Of a DNA stretch of 64,000 nucleotides, positions 1 through 9,502 are shown one piece after another. Where the stretch lies: positions 7,520,001 through 7,584,000 of the forward strand of contig OZ250169.1 in assembly GCA_965237955.1 (NCBI GenBank), in the 5' to 3' direction. The position numbers and the translations under genes were made by a program. Each line of letters begins with the position of its first letter. Within the stretch, counting starts at the first letter, position 1. The DNA is from Candidatus Marinacidobacterales bacterium (GTDB lineage Bacteria > Acidobacteriota > Vicinamibacteria > Marinacidobacterales > SMYC01). The notes below the pieces were generated by a model that was not told where the DNA came from, did no database searches, and saw only the letters and a program-made list of their open reading frames with translations.

Positions 1-797
1 TCGAAGCGACGAAGAGCGTCAGCCATCAATACGATCCGGCAGAGGGAATCCCACCGGAGCGACTCCAAAAGGCGCGGATGCTCCTCGACGCCTACGGAGT
101 GCGTGAGGGCGTCTCGTGTTTTTTCGAGCAGCTCGAAGTTGAGCTTCGCTCGATACAAGCGATCGTCAGCCGGCCGACTTACGACGTCGTCCGCGGATCG
201 TATCGGGCAGCGTACGACGGCGAGCACATTTTCGACGTGGTCGTCGCCGATTTCGCTCGGAACGCCGATGACGCGCTCCTGGACCGGTGGTCCCGTTGGA
301 TGAGCCTGCCGGAAACAGAGCGCATCATGGCGATGGAGAACGCTGAAACGCGTGACGACGACGCAATCGACAAGTCGCGCTATCTCGCTGAGCTTTACGC
401 GAACCCGGACAACAATAATCGCCGAGCGTTGGTCAGCCGGTTGGATAAAGCGCTGCGCGCATCAGAAACCGGGCTCGAGATCGTCGTGGCTCTGTCCGAT
501 TCTCTGCAAGACAGCACGCGTCTCGTCGTCCCGAATCCACCGCCGGAGCAAGATCTCGAGAAAATTCGAAAGAAGCTGTGGCCGAGCGTCTACAAAGCCA
601 CCGTTGATAGCCTGCTCTTTAGCTATCGCACGGCGAGCGACGAAGAGATGGAAACCTACACCGCGTTCTGGGAGAGCGAGGATGGTCGCCGCATCGCCGA
701 GCTGAGCACCGGAGCGCTCGTTGCCGGAGCACAGTACGGCGGCGAGATGGCCGTGCGCAACGTCGCCTCAGGAACAGGGGCCAGCGTCGAAAAATAG
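1..797 (+). CDS. Hypothetical protein with DUF2059-like C-terminus (5' partial)
   Basis: Frame is open from position 3 through the ATG at 78. C-terminal 'FSYRTASDEEMETYTAFWESEDGRR' resembles the DUF2059 motif. Confidence 0.55.
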   Translation, partial: EATKSVSHQYDPAEGIPPERLQKARMLLDAYGVREGVSCFFEQLEVELRSIQAIVSRPTYDVVRGSYRAAYDGEHIFDVVVADFARNADDALLDRWSRWMSLPETERIMAMENAETRDDDAIDKSRYLAELYANPDNNNRRALVSRLDKALRASETGLEIVVALSDSLQDSTRLVVPNPPPEQDLEKIRKKLWPSVYKATVDSLLFSYRTASDEEMETYTAFWESEDGRRIAELSTGALVAGAQYGGEMAVRNVASGTGASVEK

Positions 798-798
798 C

Positions 799-1920
799 TC
801 AACACAGTTTCGCCGCCCGCATGTATGCGAGATAGGCGATGACGATCCCAAAGCACACCGTCAGGACCGATGCGTTCATGAACGCCTGGTACGCGGTGCG
901 TCCGATTAGATCGTAAATCGAGAATCCAATCACGACAAAATTGATTGCGAGGAACCATCGGAACGGAAGCTCCACAAAATGATCGGCGAGCAGCGTCACC
1001 GCCAACGCCGCGGTAAGAAACTGATAGTCCCATCCCAGCGGGGAAACGATCGGGATCAACGTCAACAATAGAGCGCACTCGAGAACTGCGGCCCGTGGCA
1101 TACCACGACCGCGCACGATGATCGTCAAAACGACCGCGGCCAGCAGCAAAACGACCGCGAAGGCGAGTTTTCCCGAGAGCGCGGCGTCTCCGGTCCACTT
1201 GGTAAGGGCACCGACGGCGGAAACGTTGTCGGCGGCACCGAGCTGGGCCGGCGTCGATTCCGAGAGGGTGACGTACCACTCACGGTGCACGTCGACGTTC
1301 CCTTCGAACCCATAGAAGATCGACGGGAGCACGAACGCCGCCGCCAACACCCCGAGCCCGCTCGCGAGCGCCCGCCAGTTCCCGGTCACGACGAGATACG
1401 GAAAGAAAATGAACCCGTAGGGCTTGAGCGCGGTCGCGAATCCCAAAAGCGTGCCCGCGCGTACTCTACGTGATTCGAGCAGACTCACCACCATGAACAA
1501 GAGCACCAAGGTGATGAGGATGTTGATCTGCCCGAGCTTCAGCTCGCGGAAGCAAAACTTCGCGAGCACGACCGGAGGGATCGCGATGACCCACCACGGC
1601 CTCTTGGTGTCGGCGGACACGATGCGCTTCGCCACGAAGAAAAGCGCGATCGCGCCGACGACGCTCAGCGCATACCAAACCGCTTTCGCTGCTTCGACGG
1701 GGAGCGCGGTGAGCGGCACGTACAGCACCGCCGAGAACGGGAAATACTTGAACATGAAGTGACCGTCTCCGGTTTGATAAAGCGTTTCCCCGGCAACGAT
1801 TCTCTCGGCGGCGCGGTAGTTGACCGCGAAGTCCACCATGTCGGCGCGAATGCGGACGAGGTAGGCGGTGGTAAAGAAAAGCGCAGCAAGAACCGGGAGC
1901 GCTACGGGACGGAGCCTCAT
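799..1920 (-). CDS. GT87/DUF2029-like GT-C membrane glycosyltransferase
   Basis: Polytopic protein with 'DFAVNYRAAE..GETLY', 'FKYFP', 'LGQIN', 'LKPY' and 'SPLGWDY' motifs. Alternative start at 1959. Confidence 0.8.
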   Translation of the reverse strand: MRLRPVALPVLAALFFTTAYLVRIRADMVDFAVNYRAAERIVAGETLYQTGDGHFMFKYFPFSAVLYVPLTALPVEAAKAVWYALSVVGAIALFFVAKRIVSADTKRPWWVIAIPPVVLAKFCFRELKLGQINILITLVLLFMVVSLLESRRVRAGTLLGFATALKPYGFIFFPYLVVTGNWRALASGLGVLAAAFVLPSIFYGFEGNVDVHREWYVTLSESTPAQLGAADNVSAVGALTKWTGDAALSGKLAFAVVLLLAAVVLTIIVRGRGMPRAAVLECALLLTLIPIVSPLGWDYQFLTAALAVTLLADHFVELPFRWFLAINFVVIGFSIYDLIGRTAYQAFMNASVLTVCFGIVIAYLAYMRAAKLC

Positions 1921-1921
1921 C

Positions 1922-2027
1922 AGCCTACCAAGCCTACCAAGCCGACCACGATAGAGCATGCTACCCCGAAGCGCGGAATGCTTCTACCCTCACACGGCCT
2001 CACACGGCCTCGCAGGGCCTTACGCGG
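1922..2027. repeat. Two short tandem repeats in divergent intergenic region
   Basis: AGCCTACCA x3 (1922-1948, last copy has 1 mismatch) and CCTCACACGG x4, degenerate (1988-2027). Confidence 0.8.
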
Positions 2028-2061
2028 TCAATCGTCGTGGAGTGAGTTATCATCTGACTCT

Positions 2062-4560
2062 GTGAGTCCCCTCGCGGCCACGCTGGCCACCATCGCCATC
2101 TTCTTTGCTCCCGGAGTGCTACTCGTCTCCGCTCTCGCGGGTCGAGACAAGATCGCGCTGAGCCTGGGTGAGCAGCTCTACCTGACGGTCGCGAGCAGTC
2201 TTCTGCTGTCCGGTTGGGTTGGGCTCACCCTCGCCGAGATCGGCCGGTTCTCGCCGGCGAATGTCGCTGCCGTCGTCGCGATTCTCGTCGCCGTGGCCGC
2301 GCTCGCGTCGCGAAAACACCTTTCGTTCAACCCGGGCTCGAGAGACTGGCGGGAGCTCGGCGTCGCGACCGCGCTCCTCGCGTTCACGCTCGTGGCCTAC
2401 TACCCACCTTACGAGTACATCCTCGGCGGTCGCGATCCCGGAATCTACGTGAACACCGGCTTCCACCTCGCGCGCGAGGGGAATCTCACGTTCACCGATC
2501 CTGTCATCGCGAGCATCCCCGAAGAGGACTGGGCACTTTTTTTCCGCGTGGACAAGGAGCTACCCGACTGGAACCATCTACGCTTTCAAGGCTACCGGCT
2601 CGAGAACCCGAGCTCAGCGCGGGTCGCGCCCCACGGCCTTCACCTCTACCCGACGTGGATCGCTACCGCGGCAGCGTTGTACGAAATGAAAGCCGGGCTT
2701 TACGCCACTCCGTTTTTCGCGATGTTGGGAGCTCTCGGGTTGTTCTTTGCGCTCCGCCGTATCTTCGGTTTCGAGATCGCAGCGTGGGCGTCGGCGTTCC
2801 TGACCGTGTTCCAGATACAAATCTGGTTCGCGCGGTTTCCGAACTCGGAAGTCGTGGTGCAGTTTCTGTACGCGACCGCGCTCCTGTTCTTTTTCTTCAT
2901 GGAAGAAAACCGCTCGACGATCGCGGGCGCGGCGGCGGGCGTTGCTCTCGGCTCGACCCTCCTCGCTCGCGTGGAGAACGTCCTTTTTTTGGTCCCGATT
3001 GCGCTGGTGATGGGATGGAAACGCTTGCGACGTGAGCTCAGCGCTCCCGAGCTCGCGTTCCTCGGCGGGTTCTCCATCCTCGCTCTCCACGCCGCGGTTC
3101 ACGATCGGTTCGTGAGCTGGCCGTACGTATCGAGCATTCTCGGGCGCCACTACTGGCGCATTCTCGGAGACAACCTCTGGGCCGTCGCCGCTCTCGGCGT
3201 CATCGGATTCGTCGTCGTCGACCGCTTGGCGCGCCGTCTGCCGAGCCGGACGTACACGTTCGTTCAATCCAACCGGTTCAGGATAGGCGCCGCGCTGGCG
3301 TTCGCCGCGCTCGCGTCATTCACGTATTTCGTGCGACCGTTCTGGCACGGACCGCGCACCGCACCGCACGATGCCGAGGCATTGTTGAGGATGAGCTGGT
3401 ACCTCTATCCACTGGGCGTCGCGCTTGCGGTCTCGGGAGCGATGGTGCTTCTGGTGCGGGCCAAGAAGACTCAGGTCTTCTTTCTCATCACCGGCCTCAC
3501 GTTCTCGCTGTTCTTTTTTTACAAAGTGCGGGTCTGGCACGATCACTACTTCGCGATGCGGCGTTTCATTCCCGTGATCCTTCCGAGCCTCGTCGTTTGC
3601 ATATCGGTCTTTCTGGCGAGCCTCCGTTGGGATGCCCGGCGCCTCACCACATGGGGTGCCCGCGTCATCGCGACAACGCTTCTCGTGATCTACCTCGCCG
3701 ATGGGCGCGCGCTATGGGCGTTTCGAGGGCACGAAGAATTTCCCGGAAGCCTCGATTTCGTCGAGGAGCTCGCGCGTCACATCGGCGACGACGACCTCGT
3801 CATCTTCCCTCGCCGGGAAGGGTTGCACATGCTCGAGCTCCCTCTTGCCGAGCTCGAAGGTAAGAACGTGCTCGAGTTCTACTCGCTCAAACCTCCCCGT
3901 GATCGTCTCGAAGATCTGCTCGTTCAATGGCGTGACGAGTATCGCGATGTGTACTTCGTAACCAACTACAAAATCTCGCTGTCGGGACTCTTCACCCGGC
4001 ACGTGAAGGATTTCTGGTTCGCGACCGAGAAGTACGAATACGCGTACACGCGACCTCCCAACGCGGCCGAGCCGTTTCATTTGCGGTTCACGCTCTCGAA
4101 GGCCGTCGACCTCGATGATTTGGCCGAGCGCGTACCCAAGCTGCCCGGCCTCGACGTCGGGGGAAGCGATGACCTTCAGGTCGCGTGGTTTCACGAAAAA
4201 GAGCTCGACGAAGAGAGTACGAGCTACCGGTGGAGCCAGCGGACGTCTTCCGTCTTTCTACCCGCTGTCGGGAACGGGACGAGGACGCTCCACGTGCGTT
4301 TCGCTGGGCCGAAGGAAGAAGAAGCTCCTCTCCACCCGGTCGAGCTCACGATCGACGGACACTCTCTGGGAACGATCACCCTGAGCCGCGAATTCGAGAG
4401 TTACGAGCTCGAGATGCCGCCCGAGCTTCGACAGCGAGCCGAGTCAACCTACGCGGTTCTGACGCTGAGCACGGAAATTTGGCGCCCGTCGAACTGGATA
4501 ACTGACGCGACCGACGTGCGCGAGCTCGGCGTCCGCGTCGACTCGATCGAAGTCCGCTAG
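2062..4560 (+). CDS. Large GT-C (ArnT/PMT-like) membrane glycosyltransferase with C-terminal periplasmic beta domain
   Basis: More than 12 TM segments; 'GRDPGIY', 'ARFPNSE', 'MRRFIPV'; C-terminal 'DVRELGVRV'. GTG start sits 8 nt after TATCAT. Confidence 0.7.
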   Translation: MSPLAATLATIAIFFAPGVLLVSALAGRDKIALSLGEQLYLTVASSLLLSGWVGLTLAEIGRFSPANVAAVVAILVAVAALASRKHLSFNPGSRDWRELGVATALLAFTLVAYYPPYEYILGGRDPGIYVNTGFHLAREGNLTFTDPVIASIPEEDWALFFRVDKELPDWNHLRFQGYRLENPSSARVAPHGLHLYPTWIATAAALYEMKAGLYATPFFAMLGALGLFFALRRIFGFEIAAWASAFLTVFQIQIWFARFPNSEVVVQFLYATALLFFFFMEENRSTIAGAAAGVALGSTLLARVENVLFLVPIALVMGWKRLRRELSAPELAFLGGFSILALHAAVHDRFVSWPYVSSILGRHYWRILGDNLWAVAALGVIGFVVVDRLARRLPSRTYTFVQSNRFRIGAALAFAALASFTYFVRPFWHGPRTAPHDAEALLRMSWYLYPLGVALAVSGAMVLLVRAKKTQVFFLITGLTFSLFFFYKVRVWHDHYFAMRRFIPVILPSLVVCISVFLASLRWDARRLTTWGARVIATTLLVIYLADGRALWAFRGHEEFPGSLDFVEELARHIGDDDLVIFPRREGLHMLELPLAELEGKNVLEFYSLKPPRDRLEDLLVQWRDEYRDVYFVTNYKISLSGLFTRHVKDFWFATEKYEYAYTRPPNAAEPFHLRFTLSKAVDLDDLAERVPKLPGLDVGGSDDLQVAWFHEKELDEESTSYRWSQRTSSVFLPAVGNGTRTLHVRFAGPKEEEAPLHPVELTIDGHSLGTITLSREFESYELEMPPELRQRAESTYAVLTLSTEIWRPSNWITDATDVRELGVRVDSIEVR

Positions 4561-4577
4561 TCCTCAGCATTTTTTTC

Positions 4578-4690
4578 AACGCAAAGACGCAAGGGCGCAA
4601 AGACGCAAAAGAAACAATCCACGTCGGGATCCGGGTCCGCGATCGATCTCTTGGCGCCTTCGCGTCTTTGCGCCTTTGCGCCTTTGCGTT
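4578..4690. repeat. Octamer-based palindromic element (CGCAAAGA/CGCAAAGG arms) between convergent genes
   Basis: Left arm aacgcaaagacgcaagggcgcaaagacgcaaa; right arm cttcgcgtctttgcgcctttgcgcctttgcgtt is its imperfect reverse complement. Confidence 0.75.
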
Positions 4691-4694
4691 TTTT

Positions 4695-6845
4695 CTAGCG
4701 GATGTAGCCGAGCGCTCGTAGCTGACGCTCAGTGTCTTCATCGATGACCACCGGTGCGGGCGCGACCTCGGGCGTGGGCGCGGCGTGCCGTAGGTAGCCC
4801 TCGAGAAAATCAGCGCGGCGGCTTCGATCGCGAGCGAGAGTCGTCGCCTCCCGCCGATCCATTTCCACGTCGAACAGCTGATACGGCGCGATCGGGCGAT
4901 CGTAGTCCAGGTAGCGGATCAGCTTGTCGTTTCCGACGACGACGCTTTCCACTTCTCGCCCATCGAGAAGCAGATAGCTGAGAACGGCGGGCTCGCGCCC
5001 GTAGGGACCGGCGTCGACGAGGCGCCATAGACTCCGGCCGAGGAGTCCAGATCTTCGCGGGCCACCCACATAGTCGAGCACCGTGGGAACGAGATCGATG
5101 TGCTGCGCCAGGTTGTGAATCCGCCTCCCGGCGCCTTTGCCCTGAGACCACTTGATGATGAGTGGGACGTGGAGCTGCTCACCGTACAGGGTTTTACCGT
5201 GACGCCAACGACCGTGATCGTCGAACTCCTCGCCGTGGTCGGACACGAGGATGATGAGGGCATCCTCGTACAACCCCTCGGCTTTCAGCGCGTCGATGAA
5301 CCGTCCGAACTGGGAGTCCGCAAAGGCAACGTCTTCGTCGTAGAGCTCGACGAGACGCGTGAGCTCGTCAGGCGATAGCGTCACGCGGCCATCCTCGAGC
5401 GATTCCATGAACGAGACGCTGCCGAATGCGTCGCTGTCGAAATAGGCGGTCGCGTAAGGATCATGCGGATCCGCCGTGTGCAAGTAGAGAAAAAACGGCT
5501 CGGCGTCCTTAGGCCGGGTCTCGACCCAATCGACGGCGCGATCGATCAGCTGATCGCCACGCGCGCCGAGAATGCCGTCGTCGTGCAACAAGAGCTCGAA
5601 CGTGTCGAACCCACGGTCGAACCCGAAGATCGCGGACACGTTCGTGTTGACGACGAGCGCCGCGGTCTCGTAGCCGAGCTCTTGAAGATCCTCGGGCAGT
5701 GTCCGCACGGCGGCGGGGAGCCCGTCTTCCCTCTGGTTCGCGGTGTGCGCGCGCGGATGAAGCCCGGTGAGGATAGACGCGGTCGCCGGTTTGGTCCACG
5801 ACGACTGGGCTAGCGCCCGTTCGAACAAAGTGCCGTCGACGGCGAGCGCGTCGATGCGGGGCGTCGACTTCGAGTATCCGTAGCAGCTCAAGTGATCGGC
5901 ACGCAGGGTGTCGATGAGATAGACGATGATGTTGGGTCGGCGCTCCACCGAGGCCACGATCGTGTCGGTTTGGGCCGTCGACGTCACGATCACCGGTCTC
6001 TGCAACACGACATCCTCCGAAAAAGCCTGCAGTGAGATCCGCGTGATCTCACCCGAAGAAGGAAGCTCGAGCTCAGCGCGCCGCGACGGGGCGTCGAACC
6101 GGCGCTCGACGTGGGTCGAAAGCGTGTCGGCGGACACCGTCAAAGCACCCTCTTTTTCTGGACGCACCGCGTCGACGACGAAACGGCTATCCGGGGACGG
6201 CCTCACGAAGTAGTCGATGCGAACGCCGGCGGGAAGATTCATGGCGGCGGTCGCATCGGCACCGCCGACAAGAGGATCCTCCGCCTCGAACGCACCATCG
6301 ACTCTCAGCCAGTCCCAGCCGACGCCGAGACGCCTGTCGTCACTGACTCCGGAAATGACTTCGCTCGGTGCCCGGTGGTAGCCGTAGAGAAACCGAAGCT
6401 TGTTGTCTCCGCCAACCTGATACTCCACAGGCAGGCTGACGTGGTACTCGCCCGGCTCAGAGGCGAGCTCTAGCTTGGTGAGCTCGTGATCGTTGAGCAC
6501 GAGCGTCAGCGTTTGCCCCGGAGCACCGTCAAAGCCGAACGGCCAATACCGAAACGTCAGCGAAAGCGCGCGCGGCTCGCTGAGCGAAAGGCGAAGCTCG
6601 GACTCCCCGCCGTCGGACCACACGAAACTGACACTGTCCCCCGTCGTCTCGTTGCCGGAGAAGCCGGAGACGAAAAGCTCGCGCGCATCTTCCCCGCCGA
6701 AGTCGACAATAGCGGTCTCGGGAACCACCTGCGCTTCGGGGAAAAGAGCGACGAGGTCGTGGCTTATGCGTTCTTCGGAGTGGCACGCACCAAGTCCGAT
6801 CCCTAGAGCGAGCGCTGCAACAAAGACTCGACGTCGGCGTCTCAA
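4695..6845 (-). CDS. Sulfatase-like (alkaline phosphatase superfamily) lipoprotein, Thr-type
   Basis: Lipobox LGAC; 'PNIIVYLIDTLRADH', 'SSWTKPATASILTG', 'DPHDPY', 'SDHGE'; C-terminal 'LRALGYIR'. Confidence 0.8.
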   Translation of the reverse strand: MRRRRRVFVAALALGIGLGACHSEERISHDLVALFPEAQVVPETAIVDFGGEDARELFVSGFSGNETTGDSVSFVWSDGGESELRLSLSEPRALSLTFRYWPFGFDGAPGQTLTLVLNDHELTKLELASEPGEYHVSLPVEYQVGGDNKLRFLYGYHRAPSEVISGVSDDRRLGVGWDWLRVDGAFEAEDPLVGGADATAAMNLPAGVRIDYFVRPSPDSRFVVDAVRPEKEGALTVSADTLSTHVERRFDAPSRRAELELPSSGEITRISLQAFSEDVVLQRPVIVTSTAQTDTIVASVERRPNIIVYLIDTLRADHLSCYGYSKSTPRIDALAVDGTLFERALAQSSWTKPATASILTGLHPRAHTANQREDGLPAAVRTLPEDLQELGYETAALVVNTNVSAIFGFDRGFDTFELLLHDDGILGARGDQLIDRAVDWVETRPKDAEPFFLYLHTADPHDPYATAYFDSDAFGSVSFMESLEDGRVTLSPDELTRLVELYDEDVAFADSQFGRFIDALKAEGLYEDALIILVSDHGEEFDDHGRWRHGKTLYGEQLHVPLIIKWSQGKGAGRRIHNLAQHIDLVPTVLDYVGGPRRSGLLGRSLWRLVDAGPYGREPAVLSYLLLDGREVESVVVGNDKLIRYLDYDRPIAPYQLFDVEMDRREATTLARDRSRRADFLEGYLRHAAPTPEVAPAPVVIDEDTERQLRALGYIR

Positions 6846-6849
6846 CGGG

Positions 6850-8128
6850 CTAGCCGCTCTCGGCGGCGGGGACTTCGAGGATGCGAATGGTAGGACCGAA
6901 CAATCGACCCGCCTCGGGCTCGAACTGTTTCACCAGTGGGCATCGACCGAACAGACGTTCATAGTTTCGCGTTTGGCGGTGCTCAGGGCCGAAACGCCGA
7001 TAGCTCGTCGAGGTCACGATGAGATATTGAACGCCCGCCTCTGTCTACACCGGAGGCGCCCGCGAGCCCCTGGAAACCGTAGTTGAACAGACCAGCGCCC
7101 ACGTGATCGAGGAAGCGAGCGAGATCCGCGTAGAAGTACGGGCAGCCGACGGTGAAACCCTGGATCGAGCCGACAACGCCGAGGTAGAGATCGGACGTCG
7201 AAACGATGCCGATGCCGCGACGGAACGTAACCGCCAGGAAAAACGGAATCAGGAGGAGTGCCGCGTTGTATTTCACCGCGACCGTGAATCCGACGACCGC
7301 GCCCGCGGCCAGAGCGAGCCCGCGGCCGCCGCGATCGAGATAGACGAGCGTCACAAGAACGCTCGTCGTGGAGAACAACACCAACAAGGAGTCGGGTTTG
7401 TTGTATTGGGAAACTTCGACGACGCCCGGCATCACCGCAAACAGCGCTGATGCCACCAATCCGATGCGCGTCCCGAAGACCCATTGGCCCAGAAGGAACA
7501 CGACGAGTACCGCGAGCGTTCCCGGCACGACGCCGGCGCCGAAGCGTCCCCAGAACAACATGTCTTCGACTTGCATCTGGTGAACGCTCTTCCAACGGCC
7601 GGTGGGCGCTTCGAGATAGAACACGGCCAGATACGTCGCGACGTTCACGTACGGCTGAACGCTCGGATGGTGCCACCACCGCGGGTTCATATCGCCGCGC
7701 TTGATCATTTGGAGGTACGAGTGAACGTATTCGTACTCGTCCGGAATGTAGCTTTGAGGAAGCCCGATGGTGATGCCGTCGTAGCGCACGGAGAAGGCGA
7801 CGACAAGAATCGCAGTGACCAAGATGGGTGTCTTGCCGCGGCGGAGAAGCGCGACGAGCTCGTCCCGATTCCGAGGAAGGCCGAGATAGCTCACGAGGAA
7901 CCAGGCGACGGTCATACCGATGACGAGAGCTGCGAGTGTCTTCCGCGAGACCGACGGCTCGGCGACATGGAGGTAGTACCCGTTCGTCAGGAGGGTCGCG
8001 GTGGAAAGGAGAAGAAGAACGAACCCGATGAGCCGCCGCGTGCGCTCGGTGGGTCGCAATGACCCGAAGGACGAGGCGTCACCGTCGTGGTCGCTTCCGC
8101 CGTCTTCGGGGACCGGGACGTCTGGCAT
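6850..8128 (-). pseudogene. GT39/PMT-like glycosyltransferase with internal deletion and frameshift
   Basis: N-half ('PDE', 'HPS', 'KPD', 'KYN') breaks at about 7044. The C-terminal tail 'EAGVQYLIVTSTSYRRFG...FGPTIRILEVP' is in another frame and ends at TAG 6850. Confidence 0.7.
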
Positions 8129-8216
8129 GTCTCAAAATAATACAGTCGCCGTCGGGACTCGATCAAACACCGCGCTGCCTCCCCCTGGTGGTATAGGCTC
8201 TTCCGATATCCAAACC

Positions 8217-8247
8217 CGGAAGCTCGAGGGTACGCCTCGGGCTTCCG
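8217..8247. repeat. GC-rich hairpin (REP-like)
   Basis: CGGAAGCTCGAGG-GTACG-CCTCGGGCTTCCG, a 13-bp stem with one G-T pair. Confidence 0.55.
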
Positions 8248-8361
8248 CAAGAGGAGTGCGTCGCTTCCGCGCCGCAATCCAACCAAGGACGCGCCGGTGT
8301 TACAATCCCGCTGGCGTTGAGGGACGAACTCCGAAACACTGCGCCGTAGAAGGAGGCGAGC

Positions 8362-9165
8362 ATGAGTTTTGGGCGAAGAGATCTCTTACTAGGCGCCGCC
8401 AGCGTCGCAGCCGGTGTGCCCCTGGGCGCGCTTGTCCAGCGGAAGTTGGATGTGACGCAGGCTCCAGGGTCGAACGAGGCGAGGGGCATGGCTCCGCCGG
8501 CTACCCCGTCTACTATTGACGAGCCAGGGCTCGTGTCGTTTTCCCAAAGCGGGGAGGACATCATCGCCGGTTTTACCCTGAATTATCTGAAGGTGAAAGA
8601 CATTAGCTACCTCGATATCGGTGCCTATGACCCGATCCTGATCAACAATACCTATTATTTTTATCGTCAAGGCCATCGCGGCGTGCTCGTTGAGCCGAAT
8701 GTGACGATCTGCGAAAAACTGATGGCGGTTCGGCCTGAGGACACGACTCTCGTCGCCGGCATTGGTGCGACGGCGGTGAGCGAGGCCGATTACTACGTGA
8801 TGAGCGAACCCTCTTGGAGTACCTTCTCGAAGGAGGAGGCCGAACACCAGGAGCGAATCACCAACGGTGAGATAACCATCCAGGAAGTGCGTCGTTTACC
8901 GCTACTCGATGTCAACGCGGTCATGGAAGAGCATTTCGACGGGGCGCCAACGTTCGTATCCATCGATGCCGAGGGGCTGCATACCGCGATCCTGAAGGCG
9001 ATCGACTATCGTCGTTTCCGCCCCAAAGTCATCTGTGTGGAGACCCTGGTCTCCGGCGCCAACGACACGATTCCCGAAATTCCAGCTTTTATGGAGACCC
9101 AGGGCTACGTTCCCCGCGGCGGGTCGTTTGTAAACACGATCTTCGTGAATGCTGAGATCTTGTAG
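8362..9165 (+). CDS. FkbM-family methyltransferase with N-terminal twin-arginine-like signal
   Basis: 'SFSQSGED', 'YLDIGAYDP..INNTY', 'VEPN', 'SIDAEG', 'RPKVICVE'; N-terminus 'GRRDLLLGAASVAAG'; GGAGG SD and TACAAT upstream. Confidence 0.85.
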   Translation: MSFGRRDLLLGAASVAAGVPLGALVQRKLDVTQAPGSNEARGMAPPATPSTIDEPGLVSFSQSGEDIIAGFTLNYLKVKDISYLDIGAYDPILINNTYYFYRQGHRGVLVEPNVTICEKLMAVRPEDTTLVAGIGATAVSEADYYVMSEPSWSTFSKEEAEHQERITNGEITIQEVRRLPLLDVNAVMEEHFDGAPTFVSIDAEGLHTAILKAIDYRRFRPKVICVETLVSGANDTIPEIPAFMETQGYVPRGGSFVNTIFVNAEIL

Positions 9166-9194
9166 CGGCGCGTCTCGCGTCCGCAGGTCTCAGG

Positions 9195-9235
9195 AAAACA
9201 AAAGAGCCGACTGCCCATTGGGGTTACCGGCTCTT
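9195..9235 (-). terminator. Probable intrinsic terminator hairpin
   Basis: AAGAGCCG/CGGCTCTT stem followed by TTGTTTT on the minus strand, downstream of the ABC permease. Confidence 0.5.
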
Positions 9236-9254
9236 CCAATTCTTGAGTTGGCTC

Positions 9255-9385
9255 TTAGGGTCCGCCCAAGAATCGATAGATTTTTGCGCGGGCCCTTAGG
9301 AGTCGCCCAAGAATTAATTCGACATTCTTCTTGGCGTGATGGTGTAGTTCCATTTTGGGAGCGCCCTTCCTTGCCGTATGGGCGT
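9255..9385 (-). mobile_element. ISAzo13-family remnant (transposase C-terminus plus right end) and adjacent 38-bp mini-element
   Basis: Minus strand reads 'PIRQGRALPKWNYTITPRRMSN*' followed by TTCTTGGGCGACTCC-TAA. Next to it is TTA-GGGTCCGCCCAAGAA..TTTTTGCGCGGGCCC-TTA. Confidence 0.65.
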
Positions 9386-9502
9386 CAACGGGTTCTGAAC
9401 CCGTGTGGCAAAATACTCGAACCCACTGCCGCCCACAAGCTTCGGCGGTTTTGCCTCGACGGTCGGGGGCTGGTTGAATCCGAGGTTGCGGTCGGGTACG
9501 TT

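Noticed and set aside
1759-2061. N-terminal extensions in the ORF track (also ispG to 30565, 53035 gene to 55116, 57060 gene to 59453, GT4 to 61338, 41398 and 43638 starts)
   Set aside because: They run through neighbouring genes or IS ends; better starts are supported by motifs and promoter position.
9249-9425. tRNA 3' end or att site (TTGGCTC ... ACTCGAACC) split by IS relics
   Set aside because: The T-stem cannot be paired and no cloverleaf can be built; the matches are too short.
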